A stretch of DNA of 64,000 nt from Methanobacteriota archaeon (GTDB taxonomy: Archaea > Thermoplasmatota > Thermoplasmata > Thermoplasmatales > GCA-001856825): assembly GCA_017857235.1 (NCBI GenBank), contig JAFMDN010000004.1, forward strand, positions 218 through 64,217. The letters are read 5' to 3'. The notes beneath the pieces are model-generated. The model did not search any database and was not told the origin of the DNA. It was given only the letters and a program-made list of their open reading frames with translations. Shown here one piece after another: positions 25,987 through 34,611 of the stretch (the stretch's first letter is position 1; every line of letters starts with the position of its first letter). The position numbers and the translations under genes are program-made.

Positions 25987-26842
25987 ACGCACCATAGAAG
26001 AAAGGCTCAATTTTGGGTTCGTAGTTATTGATAAACCAAGAGGTCCAACTAGCCATCAAGTATCTTCCTGGGTCAAGGAAATAGTTAGAGCCAAGAAGGC
26101 AGGACACGTAGGTACCCTGGACCCAAATGTAACAGGAGTTCTGCCTGTTGGTTTGGAGAAGGCTACCAGATTAGCAGATTACTTGCATGAAGAAGGTAAA
26201 GAGTATGTGGGCATAATGATACTTCATAAGGATGTTCCTGAAGATGTAGTAAGGGAAATTTTTAGAGAGTTTACCGGGGAGATATTTCAGTATCCACCCG
26301 TTAGGTCTGCAGTGGCAAGGACACTTAGAAAAAGGAAAATATACAAATTAACTCTTTTGGAAAAGAAAGATAGATTGGTTCTATTTAGGGCTAGTGTGGA
26401 GTCTGGAGTATATATAAGGACTCTCTGCAGGGACATAGGTGATGCTTTATTAGTTGGTGCGAATATGCTTGAATTGAGAAGAATAAGGAGCGGTCCTGTA
26501 GATGAAAATAAAATGGTTACGCTCCAGAAACTTAAAGATGCATATGAATTGTATAAGCAAGGTGATCCAGAACTTCTTAACAAAATTATAATCGATCCAG
26601 AAGAAATAACGAGGGATTTTCCATTTGTAAGGATTAAGGACAGTGCTGTGGATGCTATGGCCCACGGATCTAAGATCTATAGGTCAGGCATATTGGAGGA
26701 TTATGGCGAGGGTAATATTGTAAGAATACTCTCAACCAAGGATGAACTGCTTGCGATGGGCAAAAGGGAAGGAAATGAGATAAAGCCAGAAACGGTTTTC
26801 ATAGAGAGAGGTATCTATCCCAAAGCCTGGAAAAATAGATAA
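25955..26842 (+). CDS. cbf5: tRNA/rRNA pseudouridine synthase Cbf5 (TruB family, H/ACA RNP catalytic subunit)
   Basis: 295 aa with VVIDKPRGPTSHQV and GHVGTLDPNVTGVLPV (catalytic Asp motif) and a C-terminal PUA-like domain. Confidence 0.92.
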   Translation: MPWIFGKKPSERTIEERLNFGFVVIDKPRGPTSHQVSSWVKEIVRAKKAGHVGTLDPNVTGVLPVGLEKATRLADYLHEEGKEYVGIMILHKDVPEDVVREIFREFTGEIFQYPPVRSAVARTLRKRKIYKLTLLEKKDRLVLFRASVESGVYIRTLCRDIGDALLVGANMLELRRIRSGPVDENKMVTLQKLKDAYELYKQGDPELLNKIIIDPEEITRDFPFVRIKDSAVDAMAHGSKIYRSGILEDYGEGNIVRILSTKDELLAMGKREGNEIKPETVFIERGIYPKAWKNR

Positions 26843-26872
26843 AAAGATTAATGGGTTTTTTATAGACTTTTA

Positions 26873-28099
26873 ATGTATTCACTCCTCCTCTACCTAGCAA
26901 TCTCCTTACTCATAGGTTATCTGGCCATAGTAATTGCAAGAGTAACTGGAACTGTTTATATTCCTTATTTATTAATACTCGGTTTAATATTTGGCCCAAT
27001 ACTTGGAATATTTGAAAGGGAACAAATTGAATATCTATTTTTCAATTACATTGGCCCAATTGGTGCCATGTTCATAATACTTGCAGAATCATCTAAATTA
27101 TCTAGAGTTACTTTGAAAAGAGTCTTAAAGCCTACATTAGCATTGATAACCTTTGTTCTTTTCGTAACCGGGATCGGTGTGGCCATAATTTCAATATATG
27201 TTGTTAAACTCCCTCTTTGGGCAGGGTTTGGACTAGGGGCAATACTATCATCAACGGATCCAGCGTCTATAATACCATCATTGAAAAAGGCCAGGGTAAA
27301 GGAAATCCCCTCAACTCTGCTAATTACTGAAGCAGTATTCAACGATCCTTTCTCATACATGATGTTAATAATCGTGATTGCATTGTTGTTGCCCCAATAT
27401 TTACCCTATATTGAGTCAAGCGAATTTACAATTTCCAATCCGATTATTTACATAATCCTGTCACAATTTGTTTCACCAATTCTGATATCACTGGGATTGT
27501 TCTTTATTTCTTATGAATTGAGGCAATTATTCCCCACAGATTTCAAAAGTTACTATACTGAAATTTTAATTCTTTTTGGTATAAGCAGCTATACATTAAC
27601 CATATTCTTTGGAGGTTCCGGATACATGGCAGTAGCTATCTTCGGAATACTGGCAGGTAACTACATGCCAAAGGACAAAGAGAAGCAGGAGTATCAAGAA
27701 TTTATGGATAAGCTCTCTTCATTTGTTGTTATATTTGTCTTTGTATTTTTGGGAGCGACAGCTTCCTTGGTTTACTTGAAAAATTTTCTATTACCTGGTA
27801 TAATTATTGGATTGGCGCTAATATTCGTAATTAGGCCACTAGCTACTATTCTGGCAGTAAGCATTGATAGGAATATAACATTTCAAGAGGGGATATTAAT
27901 TGGCCTAGAAGGGACACGCGGTGTATTTCCTGCTATACTAAGCACAACTTTCCTATATCTTGGATTTGTGTCCAAAGATCAAACATTAATAACTTACGGT
28001 GAAGTCGTACAAGCACTAGTGACTATTATAATATTCCTATCTTTAACCATTCAACCCCTTATGCTAAAGAGAATAGCGAAAATAACACAAAAATTTTGA
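26873..28099 (+). CDS. Cation:proton antiporter (CPA1 / NhaP-type Na+/H+ antiporter)
   Basis: 408 aa, polytopic membrane protein with LSSTDPASIIPSL and AVFNDP motifs typical of NhaP-type exchangers. Confidence 0.8.
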   Translation: MYSLLLYLAISLLIGYLAIVIARVTGTVYIPYLLILGLIFGPILGIFEREQIEYLFFNYIGPIGAMFIILAESSKLSRVTLKRVLKPTLALITFVLFVTGIGVAIISIYVVKLPLWAGFGLGAILSSTDPASIIPSLKKARVKEIPSTLLITEAVFNDPFSYMMLIIVIALLLPQYLPYIESSEFTISNPIIYIILSQFVSPILISLGLFFISYELRQLFPTDFKSYYTEILILFGISSYTLTIFFGGSGYMAVAIFGILAGNYMPKDKEKQEYQEFMDKLSSFVVIFVFVFLGATASLVYLKNFLLPGIIIGLALIFVIRPLATILAVSIDRNITFQEGILIGLEGTRGVFPAILSTTFLYLGFVSKDQTLITYGEVVQALVTIIIFLSLTIQPLMLKRIAKITQKF

Positions 28100-28120
28100 G
28101 AAAAGAAGATATTAATAAAT

Positions 28121-29089
28121 ATGGAATTCGGCATTGTTTCATTGGGAAATCATGCAATAAATAGAGTAATCCCAGCCATTGTGAGCACCGACAACAAGAT
28201 AACAGCAATATACTCCACAGATAAGCAGAAAGGGACAAAATTTGCCAGGGAGTTAGGAGCCCATTATTACGATGATCTGGAAAAAATGATGCATGAAAGT
28301 TTCCAGGCAGTTTATATATCCTCCCCAAACTACCTCCACTATAAATATACGAAAATAGCCCTAACGCATGACAAACACGTACTATTGGAAAAACCAATGA
28401 CACTTAGCGTAAGGGAATCAAGAGAACTTCATGATATAGCTAACCAGAAGGGTCTTAGATTGTCTATAGGGTTCCATCTAAGGTTCCATCCATCTCTTGA
28501 TTATATTAAGGACGTATTATCAAAAGGAGGATTAGGTGAAATTAGATTAGTGAGTGGGCAGTGGTCTCATTTTTCATCCAGAAATCTTGATAATTCATGG
28601 TGGGGTGTGGACTATATGGTCGGTGGTGGATCCATTGTTGGAACGGGTGTACACGTTATGGACACAATTTATAACATTTATCATGAACTCCCCAGAGGAT
28701 TAATCGCTATAAGTTATCCAAATGGAAAAACCATTGATGAACATTTCAACATTATTTTTGATTATGGGGAGTCAAAAACAGGGATCGCCATTAGCAGCAG
28801 GAAGATACCTGATGGAAACAATGACCTTTTGATACAGGGTGAAAGCGGATACATAAGAGTTAAAAATTTCTTTTCAACGAGTGTGGATTCAAGGATAGAA
28901 ACAGGTGAAAAAACCTTAGATGTCCCCAAAGTAGACATGTATAGGGAAGAAATAAGGGACTTCGTAGGAAAGGGAATAAAGATAGCAAACTCATATGACG
29001 GGGTTGTTTCAACTGCTATGCACCTGGGAGCTCAATTTTCATCAAAAGAAGGGAGGTACATCACTTTGAAAGAGATTCTGGGCATATAG
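28121..29089 (+). CDS. Gfo/Idh/MocA family NAD(P)-dependent oxidoreductase
   Basis: 322 aa with an N-terminal Rossmann start (FGIVSLGNHAINRVIPAI) and an EKP motif (VLLEKPMTL). Confidence 0.8.
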   Translation: MEFGIVSLGNHAINRVIPAIVSTDNKITAIYSTDKQKGTKFARELGAHYYDDLEKMMHESFQAVYISSPNYLHYKYTKIALTHDKHVLLEKPMTLSVRESRELHDIANQKGLRLSIGFHLRFHPSLDYIKDVLSKGGLGEIRLVSGQWSHFSSRNLDNSWWGVDYMVGGGSIVGTGVHVMDTIYNIYHELPRGLIAISYPNGKTIDEHFNIIFDYGESKTGIAISSRKIPDGNNDLLIQGESGYIRVKNFFSTSVDSRIETGEKTLDVPKVDMYREEIRDFVGKGIKIANSYDGVVSTAMHLGAQFSSKEGRYITLKEILGI

Positions 29090-30044
29090 ATTTCCTGAAG
29101 CATCCAGCACATTTACCCTCATTGTTGTGGTTGCGGTGCGCTACATCTGTTTCTACCATTTTATCCATATCTTTAAGAATTTTCTTCAGCAGGAATTTTA
29201 AATGTTCGGTAATTTCAATTCTATATGTCCCATTTGGATAATTTAGAATTCCGTATTTAACCTCATAATTATAATTGTCCTCTATTAAAACAGCGTAACT
29301 TACAAGCTGCATTAGGTGTGAAAATGGGATTGAGGATGGCTTTTTACTACTCTTGATCTCCACTGGTATGAGCTGGGAATCTTCTTTCAGTATTAAATCC
29401 GGAACTCCCCTGAGCCTCCATTTTTCACTTATGAGAACTGGATTATCTCCATCTTCCATATAATATATCTTATCGGGATCGATTTCATTTACAATTATAA
29501 TTTCAGATGAGGTCAATATCTTGTAAAAGTTATAGGTGTCTAAGAGTATTATGATGTTCGAGAGAGCTATAGTAAAAAATGCAAAATCATTCCTAAAGGA
29601 ATAATAAAAATAGAGGATTAGAGTCAAAATTAAGCTCGATATGCTCAGATAAAGAATAAGATCTTCAAGTTTTTTAGATTCTTTAAGCTTCCTGATCAAA
29701 GAAGTTGCCAGATAGATTGCTGTCCCGAATAGCAAAGACGAAAGGGAAGCAATTAAAATAATGAGAACTAAAATACTGGAACCGATAAACATTAAGGGAA
29801 TTGTGGCTCCCACTAAAACTATAGTGGCAATATATAGGGCTAGGAATAACCTATTGTAAATTTTAAAAAGTTTCTTATTATTTATGGCATGTTTTATTCT
29901 TTTGAAAAAATTATTTTGGTATTCAATTCCCTGAGAAATTTCTACCTTGCTTCCTTTAAGTGCTAAATATAGATTTAGGGGGCAGTATGCGAATTTTTCC
30001 ACATCCCCCGCTGACCAATATCTTTTATCATTATAAATTTTCAA
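29061..30044 (-). CDS. Cas4/DUF83-family PD-(D/E)xK Fe-S nuclease homologue with an internal ~4-helix transmembrane insertion
   Basis: 327 aa. Motifs are Cys21 (FAYCPLNLYL), D216 (RGVPDLIL), E229/K231 (PVEIK), QhxxY (MQLVSY) and a C-terminal C312-x2-C315-x5-C321. Residues ~66-172 form four long hydrophobic stretches. TTG start at 30044. No in-frame ATG lies near the N-terminus. Confidence 0.7.
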   Translation of the reverse strand: MKIYNDKRYWSAGDVEKFAYCPLNLYLALKGSKVEISQGIEYQNNFFKRIKHAINNKKLFKIYNRLFLALYIATIVLVGATIPLMFIGSSILVLIILIASLSSLLFGTAIYLATSLIRKLKESKKLEDLILYLSISSLILTLILYFYYSFRNDFAFFTIALSNIIILLDTYNFYKILTSSEIIIVNEIDPDKIYYMEDGDNPVLISEKWRLRGVPDLILKEDSQLIPVEIKSSKKPSSIPFSHLMQLVSYAVLIEDNYNYEVKYGILNYPNGTYRIEITEHLKFLLKKILKDMDKMVETDVAHRNHNNEGKCAGCFRKSICPESLSK

Positions 30045-30195
30045 GTTCTTCCAATATATCTAATGCAACTATCTCCATAAGTTTTTCTAGTGTTTTCGCA
30101 GAGTATTCCCTAAGTCCGCCAAGCTCGCTTTTAACCTTGGCATAATATTTTTTATTATCTTTATAGACATCAAAATGAACCAGGAGCTCCTCCAT
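30031..30195 (-). CDS. 54-aa HicB/UPF0150-like small protein, overlapping the start of the Cas4-like gene
   Basis: Not in the ORF track. My translation is MEELLVHFDVYKDNKKYYAKVKSELGGLREYSAKTLEKLMEIVALDILEELENL. An in-frame stop lies 5 codons upstream of the ATG. The beta-beta-(L)GG-helix pattern resembles HicB N-domains. It overlaps the downstream TTG start by 14 nt. Confidence 0.45.
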   Translation of the reverse strand: MEELLVHFDVYKDNKKYYAKVKSELGGLREYSAKTLEKLMEIVALDILEELENL

Positions 30196-30297
30196 ATGCC
30201 TGCAATTGTATTAAATATATAATTTTTGAGTAAGAATTAATAGAGCTATAATCATCTAAATCGAAGACCATAAATATATCGGAATGATTCACCCTGC
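30196..30297. promoter_or_regulatory. Divergent promoter region (HicB-like/Cas4-like operon leftwards, rpl40e rightwards)
   Basis: AT-rich TATA-like elements sit about 20-30 nt upstream of each start codon: AAATATATAATTTTT at 30218-30232 for the minus strand and ATAAATATAT at 30270-30279 for rpl40e. This suggests near-leaderless transcripts. Confidence 0.4.
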
Positions 30298-30447
30298 ATG
30301 CCATTCAAGGAAGCTATGGATAGAATATTCAACAAGAAAATATGCATGAAATGTGGAGCATCGAATCCAATAAGGGCAGAAAAATGCAGAAAATGTGGGA
30401 GCAAGCAATTAAGATTGAAGGTCAGGGAGAGGAAGAGTGGTCAATAA
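30298..30447 (+). CDS. rpl40e: 50S ribosomal protein L40e
   Basis: Not in the ORF track (49 aa). My translation is [49 protein letters not shown], with the RIFxKKICMxC...CRKC zinc-ribbon signature of L40e. Confidence 0.85.
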   Translation: MPFKEAMDRIFNKKICMKCGASNPIRAEKCRKCGSKQLRLKVRERKSGQ

Positions 30448-30829
30448 AATTTAAATTTATTAATCTTGAGATTATAGTTTCAAGAAATTTTATTTCCAAT
30501 TCAAGACACATAGTCGGATTATTACCATCGAGATCGAATTCTGGAAGCTTTGGAATGATTAATTTTATTTTTTCCGTTTTAACAGTTGATTGGTAAGTAC
30601 ATGGTATTGATTGGGACTTGGCTGAATGGCAAAGGTCTCTTGCTAATTCATCCAAAGATTCAATTGTAGGTGCATTTACATTCCCGCTTGAAATTTCTAT
30701 ACAATTATTGGAGAAATTATTTTTGGCTTCAATTTTATAACCTCTGATTACAATTCCATTTAATATTCTAATTAATTTTTTGGCAGTTTCATCGTTTTCA
30801 CTATAACACAAACTTATAGTTCGAACCAT
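30422..30829 (-). CDS. Hypothetical protein (135 aa) downstream of and overlapping the NAPRTase gene
   Basis: The ORF overlaps the upstream gene's stop by 16 nt and the 3' end of rpl40e by 26 nt (convergent). No recognisable motif. Confidence 0.4.
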   Translation of the reverse strand: MVRTISLCYSENDETAKKLIRILNGIVIRGYKIEAKNNFSNNCIEISSGNVNAPTIESLDELARDLCHSAKSQSIPCTYQSTVKTEKIKLIIPKLPEFDLDGNNPTMCLELEIKFLETIISRLINLNFIDHSSSP

Positions 30830-31974
30830 TTTAGTTGCTCCAAAACATACGTTCTCGTGGATTTGAGGTCTTCCTTGTAGATAACTTCGCCATTATCAAC
30901 TACTTTCTCAAGTAAACTTTCCATTATCTCTTGATCCCTAGGACATTTTTCAATTCTTTCGGTACTGACCTTAAAAAGATGGCATTTTGGACATCTAAAG
31001 ACATTTTTCTTGCCAGAAAATTTCCCTCTCTTGGTAACCGGGAGGCCATCCATCTCTACAATATCCATGGCAAAATCTATTGAAGGGGCGCTTGAAATTG
31101 AAGTACCGATACCAAATCCCGTAGCTCCTGCCTCTTTAAGTGTTTCAATATCTTCCTCTTTTATGCCTCCGCTCACTATTATTCCCACATGATTAAAACC
31201 GTTACGATCTAATTCCCAACGAACTTCCCTAATAATATCAGCAAAGTTACCCCTTCTTGAAGATGGAGTATCCAGCCTAACTGCAGATAACTTTTTAATA
31301 ACTTTAGCTGCTCTTACCGCTGCCTCCTTTTCATCACAGAAAGTATCTACCAGGGCAATTCTGGGGGCATTTTTATCTAATATTTCATCGTACATTCTCC
31401 ATCCATTCTCTTCGCCCATAATAATCAGGAGAGAATGGGGCATTGTACCTTCCGGTTTAATTCCTACTCTTTCGGCTCCAATAATACTGGACACCTTATC
31501 GCACCCTCCAATGTATGCATTCCTATCTATAAATGGTGCAAGGCTAGGGTGCATCCTTCTTACGCCGAAGGATGAAAGTGGCAAATCACCTATCCTTTTC
31601 TTGAATCTTGCAGCCTTGGTGGCAATACCAGATGCTTGGGATATTGATCCTAATAAAGGAGTTTCATAAAGGCCAAATTCAAGGTATTTTCCAGATACGC
31701 TTACTGCAGGTATGGGAATTCCATTTACATCCCGTGGTGGAAAAATTGTTCCTTCCTTTAGGGAATATACATCAACCTTCTTTCCTTCTAAAATCGCTGT
31801 AAAATCATCCAGGCCTGAAAGTACTAGCCATGGCAAATCCCTGCTTGACAAGGTTATATCCATTACTACATGGGGATTTTTACCAGCTCTGCTTAGGATT
31901 TCATTTACCCTCATAAAATAAATGTCCGTAGTTTTGAGGTTGATTATGTCTTGGAAGGATGCTATATTTTTCAT
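30814..31974 (-). CDS. Nicotinate phosphoribosyltransferase (archaeal type with C-terminal zinc knuckle)
   Basis: 386 aa. The PRTase barrel has GGCDKVSS, GTMPHSL, VRLDTPSSRRG and IIVSGG. The C-terminus reads CPKCH...KCPRD. Confidence 0.85.
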   Translation of the reverse strand: MKNIASFQDIINLKTTDIYFMRVNEILSRAGKNPHVVMDITLSSRDLPWLVLSGLDDFTAILEGKKVDVYSLKEGTIFPPRDVNGIPIPAVSVSGKYLEFGLYETPLLGSISQASGIATKAARFKKRIGDLPLSSFGVRRMHPSLAPFIDRNAYIGGCDKVSSIIGAERVGIKPEGTMPHSLLIIMGEENGWRMYDEILDKNAPRIALVDTFCDEKEAAVRAAKVIKKLSAVRLDTPSSRRGNFADIIREVRWELDRNGFNHVGIIVSGGIKEEDIETLKEAGATGFGIGTSISSAPSIDFAMDIVEMDGLPVTKRGKFSGKKNVFRCPKCHLFKVSTERIEKCPRDQEIMESLLEKVVDNGEVIYKEDLKSTRTYVLEQLKWFEL

Positions 31975-32012
31975 AATGGTAAATTAGGAATAACATTAAT
32001 TACCTTTCTTAT

Positions 32013-33362
32013 TCACCACCATGCAAACGATTCGTTTCCTCTGTCCTCTATTTTTATACCTAATTTTGACAAATCTGATCTAATTTTATCAGATGTGGCA
32101 TAGTCACCCTTTGCCCTAGCACTCTTTCTTATCTCAAGAATTGTATTTACAATTGCTTCAGGAATTGGAGCTTTTCTTACTATGCCGAATATTGAATCTA
32201 GATCATCAAGTATAGCTTTGATTTCACCATTTTTTCCTTCAGTTTTGTTTAGTTCATTGCTTGCCCATTTTATGAAATCATTTATTGCGACAAGAGAATC
32301 AGGGGTGTTCATATTTTTTTCTAGCGGCTCTTTAATTTCTTTCATAAATGCGTCATAATTTTCTTTTTCCTGGGCTTCAGTATCAGCTACTCTTCTATAG
32401 ATCCAGGTAAGTTTTTCTGCTATAGTTTGAGAACCGTTCAATCCATCCATGATGAAGTTTGAAGTATCCCTATAATTCATTCCGATGAACATCAACCTTA
32501 CGGATTCCGGCCAATAGCTTTTCAATATTTCCTCCACCGTAATGAAATTTCCAAGACTCTTACTCATTTTAACGTTCTCCACAGACAAATGTCCTGTGTG
32601 CACCCAGTAGTCTACAAGAGGTGGTTTTCCGGATATTGCCTCCATTTGTGCTATTTCTGCCTCATGGTGTGGAAATACAAGGTCAATCCCTCCACCATGC
32701 AAATCATAGTGGTAACCGAAGAACCTTTCTGTAATAGCGGTATCTTCAATATGCCATCCGGGTCTGCCCTCCCCCCATGGGGAGTTCCAATAAGGTTCGT
32801 TCGGCTTCCTTTTTTTCCAAAGTGCAAAATCTAATGGATTTTTCTTGTTTTCATTTGTTTCAACACGTGCCCCAGCCTTTAATTGTGTGATATCTTGATG
32901 GGATAATTTACCATAATCCTGGAATTTTTCAACACTGTAATATACTCCGTCAGAAGTTTCATAGGCATACCCTTTTTCCATAAGACGTTCTATCTGGCTT
33001 ATTATTTCATTTATGAAGTCGGTGGCAAAAGCATAATAGTTTACGCTTTCGTTCCGCAACGCCTTCATTATTTTGAAAAATTCAGTTGAATACCTTCTCG
33101 ATATTTCATTGTATGGAACATTTTCAGAATTAGCTCTATTTATAATTTTATCATCTATATCCGTGATGTTCATCAGATAAAATGGACGGAGACCTTTATA
33201 TCTCAAGTATCTGATAAATATATCAAAAAAGATGTAGGTTCTGGCGTGCCCTAGATGAGGCTTGTCATATACAGTGGGCCCGCACACGAAGACGTTTAAG
33301 CGCTTCCCATTTACAGTTTTTAATTCCTTAAAGTCTCTACTGAGGGTATCAAATATTTGCAT
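32013..33362 (-). CDS. cysS: Cysteinyl-tRNA synthetase
   Basis: 449 aa with the HIGH-type motif HLGHARTY and KMSKSLGN. Confidence 0.95.
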   Translation of the reverse strand: MQIFDTLSRDFKELKTVNGKRLNVFVCGPTVYDKPHLGHARTYIFFDIFIRYLRYKGLRPFYLMNITDIDDKIINRANSENVPYNEISRRYSTEFFKIMKALRNESVNYYAFATDFINEIISQIERLMEKGYAYETSDGVYYSVEKFQDYGKLSHQDITQLKAGARVETNENKKNPLDFALWKKRKPNEPYWNSPWGEGRPGWHIEDTAITERFFGYHYDLHGGGIDLVFPHHEAEIAQMEAISGKPPLVDYWVHTGHLSVENVKMSKSLGNFITVEEILKSYWPESVRLMFIGMNYRDTSNFIMDGLNGSQTIAEKLTWIYRRVADTEAQEKENYDAFMKEIKEPLEKNMNTPDSLVAINDFIKWASNELNKTEGKNGEIKAILDDLDSIFGIVRKAPIPEAIVNTILEIRKSARAKGDYATSDKIRSDLSKLGIKIEDRGNESFAWW

Positions 33363-33417
33363 CCATGATGCATATAAACAGCATTAAAATTTTTTATCGT
33401 AGACACAATACTAAAAC

Positions 33418-34611
33418 GTGGATTTTGAAAATAATAAAACAGAATTAATTTCAAAAAGCAAACTATTGAGCGGGAAGAGGATCGTTTTAGGGGTCACAGG
33501 TTCTATTGCGGCGGTTGAAGATGTAAAGCTTATACATGAATTAAGGAGACATGGAGCAATAGTTTTCCCAGTAATGACACAATCAGCAATGAAGATTATA
33601 CATCCATATTCACTCCAGTACGCGAGTGAAAACGAAGTTGTTACCGAAATCACAGGTAGGATAGAACACGTAACTTTGGTGAACAATTCGGATTTGATTC
33701 TGATCGCTCCTGCTACTGCAAATACGATTTCCAAGGCTGCTAACGGTATCGATGACACAACAGTCACATCGGTTCTTTCAAATGCCATTGGAAGAAAACC
33801 CATCATAATGGTTCCGGCTATGCATCAGGGAATGATGGATAATCCAATACTCAAGGAAAATATGCAGAATTTAATAAAAAACGGGGTAGTGTTCTTAGAT
33901 CCAATAATAGAAGAGAATAAGGCTAAAATGGCTGACATTGAATACATTACTGCCAGCGTTATTAGAGTACTTAACCCACTCTGCATTGGAAAGAAAGTCG
34001 CCGTGGTGGGAGGTTCAAGCGCTGAACCCATAGATGATGTTAGGGTTATAACAAACTTATCATCAGGGGAAACAACTGTTAGCTTTATGAAGGCATTCTA
34101 TTATTTTGGCGCAGAACTGCACAATTATCTTGGATTAATGAGAACTCAGGTTCCAAGCTATTTAAAATATGAAAGCTTTAAAACCGTTGATGATCTAATA
34201 TCTCTCATACCAAAGATAAGAGAGAACGATCTAGTTATAGTGCCAGCAGCATTATCGGATTTCACTTTAAAGAAGCAATCCGGTAAAATATCATCAGAAG
34301 AGGAATTGAATCTCAAACTATTTCCGGCAAAGAAATTCCTAAAGGAATTGGGAAGAAATTACGATGGAATCCTAATAGGTTTTAAGGCTGAATATGGTGT
34401 TTCTGAAAAAGATCTTATTAACAGGGCCAAGAAAAGACTCGAAGAATACAATTTAGATTACATCATAGCCAATAGGCTAGAGGATGTTAAACATGCAAAT
34501 ACAATAGTTTATCTTATAGGTGAAAATATTGTTGAAAAATTCAAAGGTGATAAGGATGACGTCTCAATCTCAATCGTCAAAAAGCTATGTGAAAGCCTTT
34601 TCCCCAGGTAG
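33418..34611 (+). CDS. coaBC: Bifunctional phosphopantothenoylcysteine decarboxylase / phosphopantothenate-cysteine ligase
   Basis: 397 aa. The N-terminal flavoprotein domain has LGVTGSIAAV and PATANTISKAANGIDD. The C-terminal CoaB domain has ITNLSSGE. GTG start. Confidence 0.9.
   Translation: MDFENNKTELISKSKLLSGKRIVLGVTGSIAAVEDVKLIHELRRHGAIVFPVMTQSAMKIIHPYSLQYASENEVVTEITGRIEHVTLVNNSDLILIAPATANTISKAANGIDDTTVTSVLSNAIGRKPIIMVPAMHQGMMDNPILKENMQNLIKNGVVFLDPIIEENKAKMADIEYITASVIRVLNPLCIGKKVAVVGGSSAEPIDDVRVITNLSSGETTVSFMKAFYYFGAELHNYLGLMRTQVPSYLKYESFKTVDDLISLIPKIRENDLVIVPAALSDFTLKKQSGKISSEEELNLKLFPAKKFLKELGRNYDGILIGFKAEYGVSEKDLINRAKKRLEEYNLDYIIANRLEDVKHANTIVYLIGENIVEKFKGDKDDVSISIVKKLCESLFPR

Noticed and set aside
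30342-30596. 84-aa + strand ORF from the supplied track
   Set aside because: It is out of frame with, and largely overlaps, the clearly recognisable L40e gene (30298-30447) and the antisense 135-aa ORF. Its sequence has no features. It was replaced by the rpl40e call.
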